Assembly: GCA_030141605.1 (NCBI GenBank)
Contig: JAQGDQ010000172.1
Span: forward strand, 186,001 to 250,000
Direction: 5' to 3'
DNA length: 64,000 bases
Source: Tubiluchus corallicola
Taxonomy: Eukaryota > Animalia > Priapulida
Shown here: positions 43,480 through 56,100 of the stretch, piece by piece
How positions within the stretch are numbered: the first letter of the stretch is position 1
Layout: each line of letters opens with the position of its first letter
Program-made: the position numbers and the translations under genes
The notes under the pieces: model-generated
The model's database searches: none
What the model was told of the DNA's origin: nothing
Seen by the model: the letters and a program-made list of their open reading frames with translations, nothing else

Positions 43480-46350
43480 TTGTTTTCTAACAGTATTAAA
43501 AAGTTGCTTATAATTGGTTGTACTGAAGATAATCCCGGCCCCGTAAATCAAACCCCCACCCAAAACCAGATAGATCTAGAACTGGCAGATTTTATTCAGA
43601 AACATAAAAAGAATTTGAAATATGTATGTATACAAAGTCTGGCAAAAAACATGCATTGCTTAAAGACACTGTTCGTTCGTCGGTAAAAAATTTAGTCGTT
43701 GGAATAACCGAAACTTGGCTACACAAGCAAATACCTAGTGCCTCTATGCAACTGCCTCATCATACACTCATACGTCGGGACCGTTACACACATAAAACGT
43801 GGGGAGGGATTGCCATTTACATCCCAAAACACATGACATTTAACGAACCAACAAAATTAAAACAAACAAAATAGAATCTAGTGTAATATCGAAAACTACG
43901 TAATAGGCGTCATTTATAAGCCACCAAGCCAAAAATATAAAACTTTTCTAAAACATTTTGAAATTGAACTTGAACGTGCTGTACTTGAAAATCAACTAAT
44001 TTTATTAATGGGAGATTTTAATATCGACATTAGTGCAACAAATACTGCTCAGTACAAAAATAATGAAGAAGTCTTAGATCAATGTAACACGTAAATACTA
44101 AATGCAAGTAATAAACCCACAAGAATCAGTAAAACATCATCTACTACCATAAACCACTTTATCTCAAACGCTAAAGACAATTTCCAAGTACAAGCAAACT
44201 TCTCGTGTGATTATTCTGATCATGATTTTATAATAATGGTAGACAAAAAAGCACCAACCAAACACAATATAGGCACAGTCTGGAAAACAGTCAGAGATTA
44301 TACTACATATAATAAAGATATATTTCAAGATACTTTAACCAAATTGGATTGGAGTAATATTTACACAATGACTGACATTGACGTACTAATAGACACACTT
44401 ATAAATAATATGGAATACTGCCTGGATATCTATGCGCCTTACAAAAAAATTAAAATACATCAGCTACAGTCTAACACAAATTCTGTTTGCCCCTGGATGG
44501 ATACAGAACTCGCAAGACTAAGACACAATAAAAGTGGTTTGTACAGAACATATTTACATTTAAAAGGTAAAAGCAATTACAATAATTACAAAAAGGCACG
44601 AACTAAATTTAATAACTACATTAGGAAACTCAAAAACAAATATTATACTAATAAATGCAATAATGCTACTACACCTAATCAAAAATGGCGTTTAATTAAT
44701 GACGTACTCAACAGATACAGAAACGATCAATTACAAATAAACAGTTTACGAGAAATGACAGTACGATATCTGACCCAGTTGAAATTGCTAACAAATTAAA
44801 TTCCACATTTGTCAATCTCGGAAAATGTGACATCTTGCCACACCAACATAATGCAAATATACACGATTATATATAGATAAAACCAACCAGTAACACAATC
44901 CACTTTCTCATTTACTAGTGTCACTGAATACGACATCTTTAAAATATTAAGCATTTAAAATAAAAATAAAGAAAGTAGACCTTCAGACATGCCAAAAAAT
45001 GTTAAAAGACTGTGCTAGAATTTCCAGCAGTGTGTAAACAAGCAAACATAACTCCAATACACAAGAAAGATGCTGAAAACTACAGATCAATTTCAGTAGT
45101 GCATGTACTATCCAAAGCATTTGAAAGAGTTATCTACAACCAAATAAAACATCACATTGAAAATAATACGTTACTGTCAAATCATCAGTTCGGATTTAGA
45201 AAACTACACTCCACAATAGACACAATAATTGACGCCGCTGAAAAGAGGCACTACAACTTAAATAGAAATAAATATATAACAGCAGCATTTTTAGATCTAA
45301 GTAAAGCTTTTGACAGCTTCGATCACAATTTACTACTAGACAGCTTACGCCAATTAGGATTCGATTATACTTCTCTCAAACCAATTATAATTATCTACAC
45401 AATAGGAAACAAACAGTCAAGCTGAACAAACACACTTTCTCAACATGGGAGACGCCACAAAGAGTTATCCCGCAAGGTACCATATTCTTTTTTTATACAT
45501 TAATAAAATTCATTTAGTTTTACATAATTCAGACTTAGCACAATATGCCGATGATACTATACAGCACACGCAGACTTTCTAACATCGAAAAATAATCTAG
45601 AAAAAGACATAACAAATATAAAAGTAACATTTAATTATTTTGGTTTAAAAATGAATAATGACAAGACAGAATTTGTGGTAATAATCACCCAAAGCAAATG
45701 AGATTACATCCCCTGATGCAACACTAAAAGTAGGTGACTGTTTCATAGAACAAACAAAAACTGTAAAAGTCTTAGGCATTACTGCCGATAATAAACTCAC
45801 TTGGGATGAACAGTTTCATCAAATACATAACAAGATGGCATTAAGCACAACATTCTTACGACAAGCCATTTAACCAAGAAAACAAAAATTCTCATTTAAA
45901 AAAGTCCAATATTACCACATTATCTGCATGGCTGCACTTTACTTCAAAACGTTAAAAATGAAATCTTTATAGAACTAAATACAATGCAAAATTACGCATT
46001 TAGGTTAATACGTGGCTACTCTCACAAATCTGCTAAACAACATGTTGTTTCTGCAACAAATTTAAGAACTTCCATAGAAATACCAATATTAGAAGCCTAT
46101 CGAGATTACAAAACACTGATATTTCTTTATAAATATGTCAATAAACTGAGCATTCTATTTGTAAACAATCCTTTATCATTCATTCCTGATAGCCATTAAA
46201 CAATGGAACCCACAATTTAAAGCAAATTACAGTAAACAATAAATCTTATCAATATCAAAACAAGCCATACATATATGGAACTTACTACCCAGTGAAAAAA
46301 AACAAATAAAATCTCTTTACCAGTTTAAAAAGAAATTAAAAGAGTATCAA
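43480..46350 (+). pseudogene. LINE ORF2 (2A-like motif, APE endonuclease, RT), fragmented
   Basis: Pieces in ORFs 43480, 43626, 44236, 45012 and 45984, with many stops and frameshifts. Confidence 0.88.
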
Positions 46351-47705
46351 TATAACAGGTTTCAACTTCCAAATTATGCATCCGATACTAATTACACAGA
46401 CTCAACTTTCATCTACCCCCGCCCCTGATCTACATAAAATGATTAAGAATATAAAATTTATGCTATGTAATGCGTGTCATGTTAATTATGTAATGCCAAA
46501 TGCATAAATAGTGTAAACGTAATGAGTGTAAAATTCATGTAATGTAGGCGTGTTTTGTTAATTGCATCATGTCAAATGTAAATACAGGTAACAGTCATGT
46601 AAAATTTAGTGCACTTTTGTAATATTGTTTTGTAAAAATATTTTAATATCGTGTTTATAAATATGTCCATTTATTGTAAATAATTAGTTTTTAGTTTTGC
46701 ACTTTAGTTTTTCTTAGTCTGCAGTGCACGCATTTGTCTTGAACAGTGTTATTATTTTAACATTACGCTGAGGCTTACTCAATTTTATTACAATGAGTGA
46801 ACCATTTTAATGACAAATAAAGAATTAATATAAATATAAATGCCAGTTATTTTTCAAATCCTAACTTATTGTATTCCAAAATGACGATTTCAAATCGATG
46901 TTCATGAAACAAAATTATATTGACAAAATCTCTGATGACCTTTGGGACACACGATGGGATTTTGTTATGGTAGCTAAGCATCAGAAAGAATGACACACAT
47001 TTATACTGGCATGTTGCATGGCCAATAGCAAAATGAAAGTGAAACATTTTAATGTTGAAAATGACTCAGTGTGTGGGTGACTATATATAGACTACTGTTC
47101 ATTAAAGAAACTAATCATTTAAAGTAGCTTTTGAAAAATATATCACTGTTTACGGCACTATTCTTTAGTAATATCATTTTAAGATTATAGCGAATATTAT
47201 GCGACAAAATCCTGTGGTTAAAATTTAACGATTATTGTAATGCATGCGCCTTTTTTCCAACAGTTAGTGCATTACCTGGTGAAAAGAAAGGTGTAGGCAG
47301 CAGGTATGCAAAATGTCAATATGCAATTCCCATAATTACTTGTCTGAGCTAACTAGCCATGAATAAACATTTTCGTGTCTGATGAAATGAAGTTTTTTAA
47401 TTAAGTTATGAATAAAACCGCCTGTATTTGTGAAATATCATAAAATGTATTACAACAGTAATGCATTAATAACGTGCGGTACATTTTTAGTAAGCTAATA
47501 GTAATGCAGGCATGGTCTGTGCATTTATTGTTAACAGCGAAACACATTAGTCATTCCTGCACTCACACTAAAAAATTGTTAAACATTACATTCATTATTA
47601 TTCATGATTGCGCGGGCTGGTAGTAGAAGTGCAATAAATATGCCATCACGTCAGAGTTGCGAGACGGATGAGCACACAAAATGTGAGTTCTGAAACCAGC
47701 AAAAC

Positions 47706-49352
47706 ATGGGTCAAAAACAAAAACTTCAGGCAAATGACCCTAGTGATAAGGTAAAACAACTTTTGGAAGAGTTCGCAGACACATCTAATACGCATGGAAT
47801 CGGTGTCATAAAACGCGCAAAATCTGCAAAGGAAAGAGTAATATGGACAGCGTTATTGTTGGTAGCTCTAATTTTATTCACTGCTAACAGTGCAACTTTT
47901 CTTCAGAGGTATCTTTCAGAACCAGTCGGCACGAAAGTTATTCTGGAGTCCAACAATCACCCGGTTTTTCCTGCATTGACGATATGCAAGAGTACTTACT
48001 TGGAAACCACCGTGATGCTGGAGACCATGAAGAAATTTATTGAAGATGAAGAATATGGAATAGCTGATGCCTTCAGAAGAGTTTACTTTGATAGGCATCA
48101 TCTTGGACCCTCAGCAAAACCTGGAAGCAATAGTAGTGTCAGGGTTAGTAGATGTGGTTTTGGGCGCAGCTATAAATGGGCCTGGAAGACAAAATGCGAA
48201 ATAATAAGGGAATTTCAACATCCATTCTTTGGAGCTTGTGCGACTCTATATCCTCCAAAAGAAAAACTTCTTGACGGAAAGTACGTCTCCACCACAGGTT
48301 ATTGCTCTTTATTAGTTGCTGCAGTGGAGTTAACCCTCGATGATTTTAATAGCTTTTTTCCAATTGATGAAGCTGCTAGGTCAGAAGCACCAATTGCCCA
48401 TTTTCTTGCCACGCACCCGCCCGATACAAGCCCGATATACGAAGGATTCTTTCTAGCTCCCACAGGCGCTGCAGTAGAAATAAGGATAAAAAATACAACA
48501 TTTTCATTCCTAAACACAGGAAGGAGGAAAACCTGTATAGATTATGATGAGCTGCCGTTGGAAGTACAGTTCAGTCATTACGATTTATACAGTAGCTACT
48601 ATGGATTTTCATACTCACAAGAAACATGTCAAGCTACTTGTAGGCAGACACAAGCATTAAAGCGCTGCCAGTGTGCTATACATCAACTGCCTTTAACTAC
48701 AGAATACGTGCGTCATTTCACAGGAAGAGACACGGTTCCATATTGCATAGATGCTTGCAATTTCACTCAGTACGACAGGCATTTAAATAACCTTTCGACA
48801 GTAAAAGAATGTCATTGTTTAGATGCTTATTATGAGGCTTACGTTGATGAAAGCAACGTCTGCGACTGTCCTCTGCCTTGTAACATTGCCTTGTACGATA
48901 CAAAGTTCAGCACGATAGGAGGAGACCTGGTTGTGATAGAGAAACCTAAAGTAAGACAAATGATTATGGCGAATCTTATTAAAACTGCAGAAGACAAGAA
49001 CTTTACGAAGCTGGCAGACAAGCTACGGTTGGAATGGGGCAAAAACTTCACTGACAACAACACTGTTGAACTTGTTTATGAACGGCTGCTTAAATATACG
49101 TCTGATACTATACTACTCACAACTTATATTGACATGTTCATTGAACGACCGGTTATGATGCAAATAGAAAATTATGTAACCTATGAATTGTCAGACTTTG
49201 GCGCTGATGTAGGTGGTGTGGCAGGCTTATATGTTGGCATGTCCATTTTGGCTTTTATCGAGCTGTGCCATCTTGCAGGACGCTTGATAAAAATTCTGAT
49301 AAGATGCTTCTTTTCTGGCAAAATTAAAAGGAATGCAGTGGACCAAGGATGA
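47706..49352 (+). CDS. DEG/ENaC channel subunit, 548 aa, single coding exon, paralogue B
   Basis: NTHG, TM1, FPALTICK, Cys-rich thumb, and YVTYELSDFGADVGGVAGLYVGMSILAF, identical to paralogue A across this pore region. Confidence 0.95.
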   Translation: MGQKQKLQANDPSDKVKQLLEEFADTSNTHGIGVIKRAKSAKERVIWTALLLVALILFTANSATFLQRYLSEPVGTKVILESNNHPVFPALTICKSTYLETTVMLETMKKFIEDEEYGIADAFRRVYFDRHHLGPSAKPGSNSSVRVSRCGFGRSYKWAWKTKCEIIREFQHPFFGACATLYPPKEKLLDGKYVSTTGYCSLLVAAVELTLDDFNSFFPIDEAARSEAPIAHFLATHPPDTSPIYEGFFLAPTGAAVEIRIKNTTFSFLNTGRRKTCIDYDELPLEVQFSHYDLYSSYYGFSYSQETCQATCRQTQALKRCQCAIHQLPLTTEYVRHFTGRDTVPYCIDACNFTQYDRHLNNLSTVKECHCLDAYYEAYVDESNVCDCPLPCNIALYDTKFSTIGGDLVVIEKPKVRQMIMANLIKTAEDKNFTKLADKLRLEWGKNFTDNNTVELVYERLLKYTSDTILLTTYIDMFIERPVMMQIENYVTYELSDFGADVGGVAGLYVGMSILAFIELCHLAGRLIKILIRCFFSGKIKRNAVDQG

Positions 49353-50121
49353 AACCATACTAGTAAACTAGAATTAACTATCCACGTGGGCCTATTATAC
49401 ACTCAGGGCTTCATTGATTCTGAAAAAATTAACGGCTACTTTTCATTAACAGCAATGAAATGTCGGGATTTTTTAATTTAATTATTTATTTCGAAATTTC
49501 AGGTTGTGTTCTCGTGCACATGGCAAATATATAAAGCTTTATCAGCATGTAGTTCAAAACTACCAAAAGAAATTACTTTTTTGTTTTTTGGCACATGTTC
49601 TTTGAATGAGGATTATTGCTTTCAGGCATTTCATGTAACTCTGAAACAACACAGGTAAAGCAATTCAGTTTTTATTAATTAACAATATAGCAATATGTCA
49701 AGTGAGTCGTAAGTTGCACCTCAGTTTATTAAACTTTTCTTTTTTCCTAAGTTAACACCCCGTTTTATTAAAAAGCAGTAAAGCACATACACAGTAAACA
49801 CTTTCGTGTCGATTCATAACTGGTTTCAGTTTCATTAAAAAACAAGCTACTTTAATTGCTTAGCACTAGTTTTAATTCCACAATTCACATAAGGATATGC
49901 TATTGGAATAAAATTACACGAACTACAGTTGCAAACACTGGGACCTGTGAACTATATAGACTTACAATTGACAAATTCTCGTTAGCTATCAAGCAGCTAC
50001 TTGAATTTTCGTTTTAATAAGTTCTATTTTGTAGGGATAGCAAAAGTAGTCATGTCCTCTTTCGTTTTCCGTCATAATTCCTGACATTCACAACAGAACT
50101 TTAAAATGTCTGCCGCAAATT

Positions 50122-53100
50122 TTATTTTCGACTGTGTAAATTCCTATAGCAGTCGTTTCGTGTCAAGCTAGATGGCAGCACTTGCATGTTCCCCCGTAAA
50201 CCACCTCTAACGTCGCTCCATTTGAACACGTTTCCAGAGTTCAACTTGCAAGTTGTTGCAATGCTTCTAACTTCATTAGCATTCAGTTTTTTGTCGTATA
50301 TGTTGAGATCAGTTAGGACGCCAACAAAGGACTGAGCGGCGTCAAAAGTACCTCCTAAACTGTCTTGGTCTTGGGCAATTACCAGTGCTCCTCCACCCTG
50401 CAAAATAAGCGGTAATTTTAACGAGTCATAATTTCGCACAATTTCACAAATTCTGCAATAATTGTTAGCATCATTAATTATCGTCAACACCATCATCATC
50501 ACCATTATTTTGTCATCATCTCTGTCGTCAGTAGCAAACACCATCACTAGCATTATCATCATCATCAATATTATTACCGGTGGCGTTAGCATTATCACTA
50601 TATCATCTCCATAATCGTTATTGCCATCATCGTCATTATTATCGTCGCCATCATCAACATAACCATTATTATCATCGTTCTTATTTTAATATCTTATCAA
50701 CTAAAATATTTGTACACTATAGTCATTCAACAGCAAATTGGGAGCTAAGTACATGTATTGTTGCTTCGTTGTGCAGTCCTAGTCCATTTGCAAGAAGTAA
50801 TCCATCTGCATAAAGTGCCCATCTTCCTCGCTTAGACTTCCATGTTGCACAAACGTGATGCCACTTCCCATCCAGAAACGACGCATCAACAATTTGAGCT
50901 CTCCTGACTTCTCTGTTCAATTCCAGTTGATAATACGGACTAAAACAGATACAGGTTCTATTACAGCTGAAGTTAATGTAAACACATTTGAATTTTTTTT
51001 ATTGTACTGCCGTACTGCATTGCATTGTATTGTATTGCATACTTACCTACGCATAAGGTTAATGTAGATAACTAGCTTGTGATGCTCTACTGCAAAACTG
51101 AATTCGCTAAAGTGTTCAGAGCTTCTTGCAAAGTAACTGACAATTGTCAATATTTCAGAATCATCTGCAGATACTTCCGTTGTTCTAAGCCACGTGCAAA
51201 TAGTAAACTCTCTCAAATCTGGCAAGGTATTAAATCGGATATAATAATCAGTTGTTTGCCTTGTTGTGATGAGCAACTCAAATTGTTCAGTAGCAAATGA
51301 TTCTGAAAAGAAAAAAAGCAGTAATTTTTGAGCTTTATGATGAAATATTAAGCCTAAAATTTTGATAGGCTCTCGGGGTCGTGAGACTGATGACAAATTA
51401 AACAGGGACAATGTTGTTTGGTTTACAGGATAACAAGATTATTTAAACTGAACATACTACAAAACAAGTATACTTGTTTTTCTTTTGTGTGCATTGCCAA
51501 TAAGCACTTATGCGATTGAGACTATATTTAAAACAAAGCACTTCGCTTTTCACTATAAGCTCGCACATTAGGGCACAGATACTTCTTCACAAAATATATG
51601 TTAGTCTTGGTACATAGGCAACTTGGGCACTGTCTGTTGTGAACACATAGGTTATTTGGACATATGTTTAGCCATTTAGATACAAGAATTTGTCACTTGC
51701 AGAAATAAGACAGTTGAGACATGTCCAGCATATTTCTCGTGGTTAGAATCTTCATCAGAGGCAGCGTCAATCAGAAACAGCAATTCGGGCCTTTTGGCTA
51801 ATCCCGACGAAACATCATTTTCATTCGTCACGAGTAACGACAAAGACTGTTGATAAGTCTATACAAAGACTGAAGAACAACTCCACTGAAAAATTCCGAA
51901 GAATTTGGCGTCAATCTGATCTAGATAATTAGCCAGAGTCTTGTTTTGCTATGAATATAACATTGAGCAGGCCCTGTCGGTAATCTTTGGAAAACACCAA
52001 TTAGCAAAGACAAAAAACACATTTTTGTAGCTCAGATTACTAAACTGTAATATTTTTACCAGAAATTTCTTGACCAATATGTTTGTCATCGTCATTTTCT
52101 TCTTTAGTAGAACTTTCAGTCTGCATTTTAGTTTCTTTTCCTGCAAAATATTCCAAAATAAAAAGTACGCTAATTAATACACGCACTGACACATTAAAAA
52201 AGGTCGGCAAAAAGCTGTTAAAATTTGATGGTTCTGTTAATTAAAAAGGAAACAATTATTTAAAGTTTAACATGTTATGATTAATGCGGAAGAGCACAAG
52301 AAGCAGCGAAAAATAAAATGTCCACAAGTTCATCTTGATAGAACTTTAATCTGGCTGACTTTTAAAATGCCCGTAAAGGTATAAACATTCAATGAATTGG
52401 AATAATGTGCATTTCAAAGTTTAGTTTAGTACTAATCTTATTTTTCAGTTATTGCAGACAGTACACAAACTGTATGGTCAGTGGTCACGTCTCTGAATTT
52501 TAATTAGATATTTCTCCTCACCTTTGTCATCATGAATTTCTGGCTTCTCACTTGTAGAAGCCGGAGCAGCAACCTTTTCTCCTAGAAAAATTATTGTTTC
52601 AGTCATAACTTGTTTTGTTGCAGCATTGATAAATTAATAACTAGTTTGTTAATAATGTTTTCGTATGTTATTTTTTTTAATTTAAACAAAATTTATTTTA
52701 GGTATGCATCATTCAGTTTTCACAACGTGGTTCCGGATTCTCCCCAGCACAGCATACATACAATATTTACGCCAAAAGTTCATTCGTACATCATAAAGAT
52801 ATGTACATTACAAGATATACAATATTTACATGTTTACAATAATTAAAGAAAGTAGTCAAGTTGAACTTGACTAGTATGGTCCATTTATGATATGTTAAAG
52901 GCACACAATTTTTAAATTAACTAGTAAAAGTGGACGGTACAATTTTATCGTTATGCATCTATATATAGCTCGAAATTCTTAGTAATGTTTTAGTGAAAAC
53001 GTCTCGAATTAGTAACATAGTTTTGTACACATTCAAAAATTTTACAGTTTAATTTATAACTTAATTGTTCATCTCCAGCAAGTAATAATTTTAGCAAGTA

Positions 53101-56100
53101 ATAGTTAGCATTGTTACACAGTCTAACAATGTCAATATTGATGCGACAATGTTTGCATCAATTTATTAAACATCATTGTTCTAGTAACAGTATAATTTCA
53201 ACAGTGTAACAAGTAATGTTCAGTTGTCTCAAATCTTGAACCACACGCATAGTTAGGCATAACTAGGGAACCGTCAGCATTTTTGTGCCTTCAGAAAACA
53301 AATCGTAGTTCAACTGGAACTTTCGTTTGTTCTGTTTGCCTGTTTGTTTATTTGTTCGTTCGACTTATTTTGAAACTTGTGCCAAGTAGTGATTCTTCAA
53401 ATATAATTTTTTGGAACCTTACCGTTAAAACAAGGATCTGCTGATGCCTCCCATTGTGAACAGTTCAAGAACGATGGCCATTGGAAACCAAATTCTAGGA
53501 AGATGGGTTCACAGTCTTTTCTTGCAGCTTCACATGTTGCCAGACACGGAGCAAGAATTATTTCCATATCGTTTATGTCAAAACAAGGCGGTAAAAAAAG
53601 TGAACATAAGAATGGACCAAAAGCTGGGCTGCATCCTGTCTACAGAAAATAAATAGGTAGGAATGTAATTTAAAAAACTTGAACATAAAATTAATAGGCT
53701 TGACTAAAAATATTGAAAATTACATAGCTAAATATTATGATAAAATATCGGTGCTTACTATGGGCTTTCTTGTTCAGATATCCCATTTGGAAGCGGTTTT
53801 TGATCAGTTATTATATCATATTTTTGCTGTACCTGTACTGCGGGCAAGAACGTTTGCATCTCCAAGTCTGCCTCGTCCTGTGATTCATGGCCGAAAATAT
53901 TTGGTAGCTTCACATTGACGTTATTCACATTGTAAATATTTCTGCACATTTCCACATGATTTTCTTCGCAAACACGCACCTTCTCTACATACGCAAAATA
54001 ATTAACAACGTAAATAACAGCAACATAAACCAATATTCAGAAATTAATTATTATAATCTTAATATCAAATAATATAAAATCTCCAATTAACGAAGTTTTA
54101 ATCAAACATAGAAGACAGGAAATGTGAAAAATTTGAAATGCAGCCTGGATTTGAACTAGCGATCTTCTGTTTACATTACAGGCGCCGTAGGTCGCTAGGT
54201 CTCCACATTCCAGTGCGGGATTTAAATCACTAAATAAATTGCAAACTTTTTTTGCAAAATTACCATATTATTTTTAATTGTTTGCTCGTACACTATATCA
54301 CTTATATTACGTATGTAAAAATATGCATAATACGTTCATCCATACATTATACATACGTATATTTGTGTAGCTTTCATCAGCATTGCGGTATACTTACCGC
54401 CCGCTTCATGATCAACAAGCATTTTCTGTTCCTTTTTTGAGGAATTCCACATCCCGATTTTGTTTCCTGCAAAAATTAATATATTTAAAATTCGAGTTAA
54501 CCTCCAATCAATTGAGGGTCCAATTAATTGAAAAAAAATTAAATTTTAATACCAAACTGGAAGACAGGAAATGTGAAAAAGTTGAAATGCAGCTTGGATT
54601 TGAACTAGCGACCTGCTTTCTTTGCAAGCGGCCGGGGATCACCACATTCCTTGGGCAGGGGGAGGGGGAATGTAAAGCACTAAATAAATTACATAATAAA
54701 ATCCTATTATCCTTAATTGTTTGCTTCATGCTGGTACGCTATTTAACCTATATTATAGATGTAAAAATATACATGATAAGTTCATCCATACTCGTATAAG
54801 TTTGTGTATCTTTCATCAGCATTGCAGTATAAAACTTACTGCTAGCTTCATAATCAACAGGCATTTTCTATTCCTTCTTTTGAGAATTCCACATCACGGT
54901 TTTGTTTCCTGCAAAATGCTCAAAATTCGAGGAATGGTTTTTTATTCACCAAAGTAAACAATACAATTAACGCTTCCTCTAGAAAGTCCGGCCTAATTGT
55001 TCAGCCACTGTGCATGAAAATGACTGGAACATTTGTTGAGCGCGTGTTGTTTTATTGTAGAGCTGAAGTTAATGCCCTCGATTATAAGAGCATCAAGTTC
55101 GCGTTTCTATTGCCTTACATCTAACTGTTACCGCAGGGAGTATTACATATATATCTTTTTAATCGCCCTAAATCCCATTAAAAACTACGAGTTTTGTTTT
55201 ACAGAATTACGTTATTGTTTAAATTATGAGAGTGCTCTCCTGGGACTCAATGCATGAATAACTTTGAATACTGTTTTGGTCTCAAAACATGTTTTTTCAT
55301 CGAAGGGAGCTTTCACCCTAATGAGCCTCATCAGTTAAATTAACTGTGATGAAAATTTGTGCTGCTAGCCTTAGAGTGAGGCTAGCAGCTCTTAGGTTAA
55401 TAGCACTAGTTTTCATAATAGTCAACCCTGTTTATGAAGCTCGTTGAGGCGAAAGCTTCTGACAATAAAAAATGTGTTTGACGCCAAGAAAAAGCATTCA
55501 ACATTTTATTCTGCATTATTGCTTTTGTGGAAAGACATATGAAGGAAAGATGCTATGGAAAGAGAACTACGGATTTTGCATTTTAATTAGTCAAAGACTG
55601 ACACTGACCTGTTTTCATGAGTCTGTATTATATCGAAAGTTTATATTCAGTCTTATGCAAAATTGTAAATTTAACAACAAAAATGGTTTTTTAGCGTTTT
55701 TCTCTGGAAATCGCCATATAGGTCAATAGTGGATGTTAGTTAGTTTTAAATCTTACAATAAGGCTTCCACTCCTTTATTTTTTCCTAAACACTTATATTA
55801 TTCGTTTATTTTTGCAACAAAAGAAATTGCATGCCTATACCATCAAAACAAAGTTCCCCATCTTGTATGGTTTGCCAACGTGAGCAGTTAAACGGCCAAA
55901 CAAAATTAAATTTTTGCATGAGGGGTTCGCAGCCTTTTTGTGCCTCTTCACACAGTTCCGGGCAAGGATCTACCATCACATCAACACTGAGTTTACTGCA
56001 AGGTGGTAAATAAAGTGAGCATACCAAGGGATGAAGTGCTGGGCTGCAATTAACCTGCAAAACAGAATTAAATGCTAACTTTACTAATATAATAACTATG

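Larger units (their letters stand above)
40700..46841 (+). mobile_element. Heavily decayed full-length non-LTR retrotransposon (CR1/L2 group) with SGNH-esterase ORF1
   Basis: ORF1 relics: Cys knuckle CQKC..CGEKFCDKC and esterase motifs IWGDS, ITRGISD, RDGLHL. ORF2 relics: GITETWL, RRDR..GGIAIY, IYKPP, MGDFNID, SDHD, ENYRSIS, QFGFR, FLDLSKAFD, QYADD (45541). The 3' UTR has ATGTAA-like repeats, AATAAA and an (ATATAA)n tail. The 5' limit is approximate. Confidence 0.9.

Noticed and set aside
49353-50121. Overlapping antisense 3' UTRs of ENaC-B and the CRD-pentraxin gene
   Set aside because: Several alternative poly(A) signals on both strands, including one at the pentraxin stop, so overlap cannot be inferred.
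50398-50690. Met/Ile/Asp-rich N-terminal extension of the last pentraxin ORF and His-rich plus-strand ORF
   Set aside because: Degenerate (ATC)n intronic tract upstream of the acceptor at 50398.
51676-51858. Minus-strand open stretch TYQQSL..KRPELLFLIDAASDEDSNHEK as an extra exon of the CRD-pentraxin gene
   Set aside because: Cannot be joined in phase 1 without a stop, and the flanking exons join directly. It may be a transposase remnant, but this is unverified.
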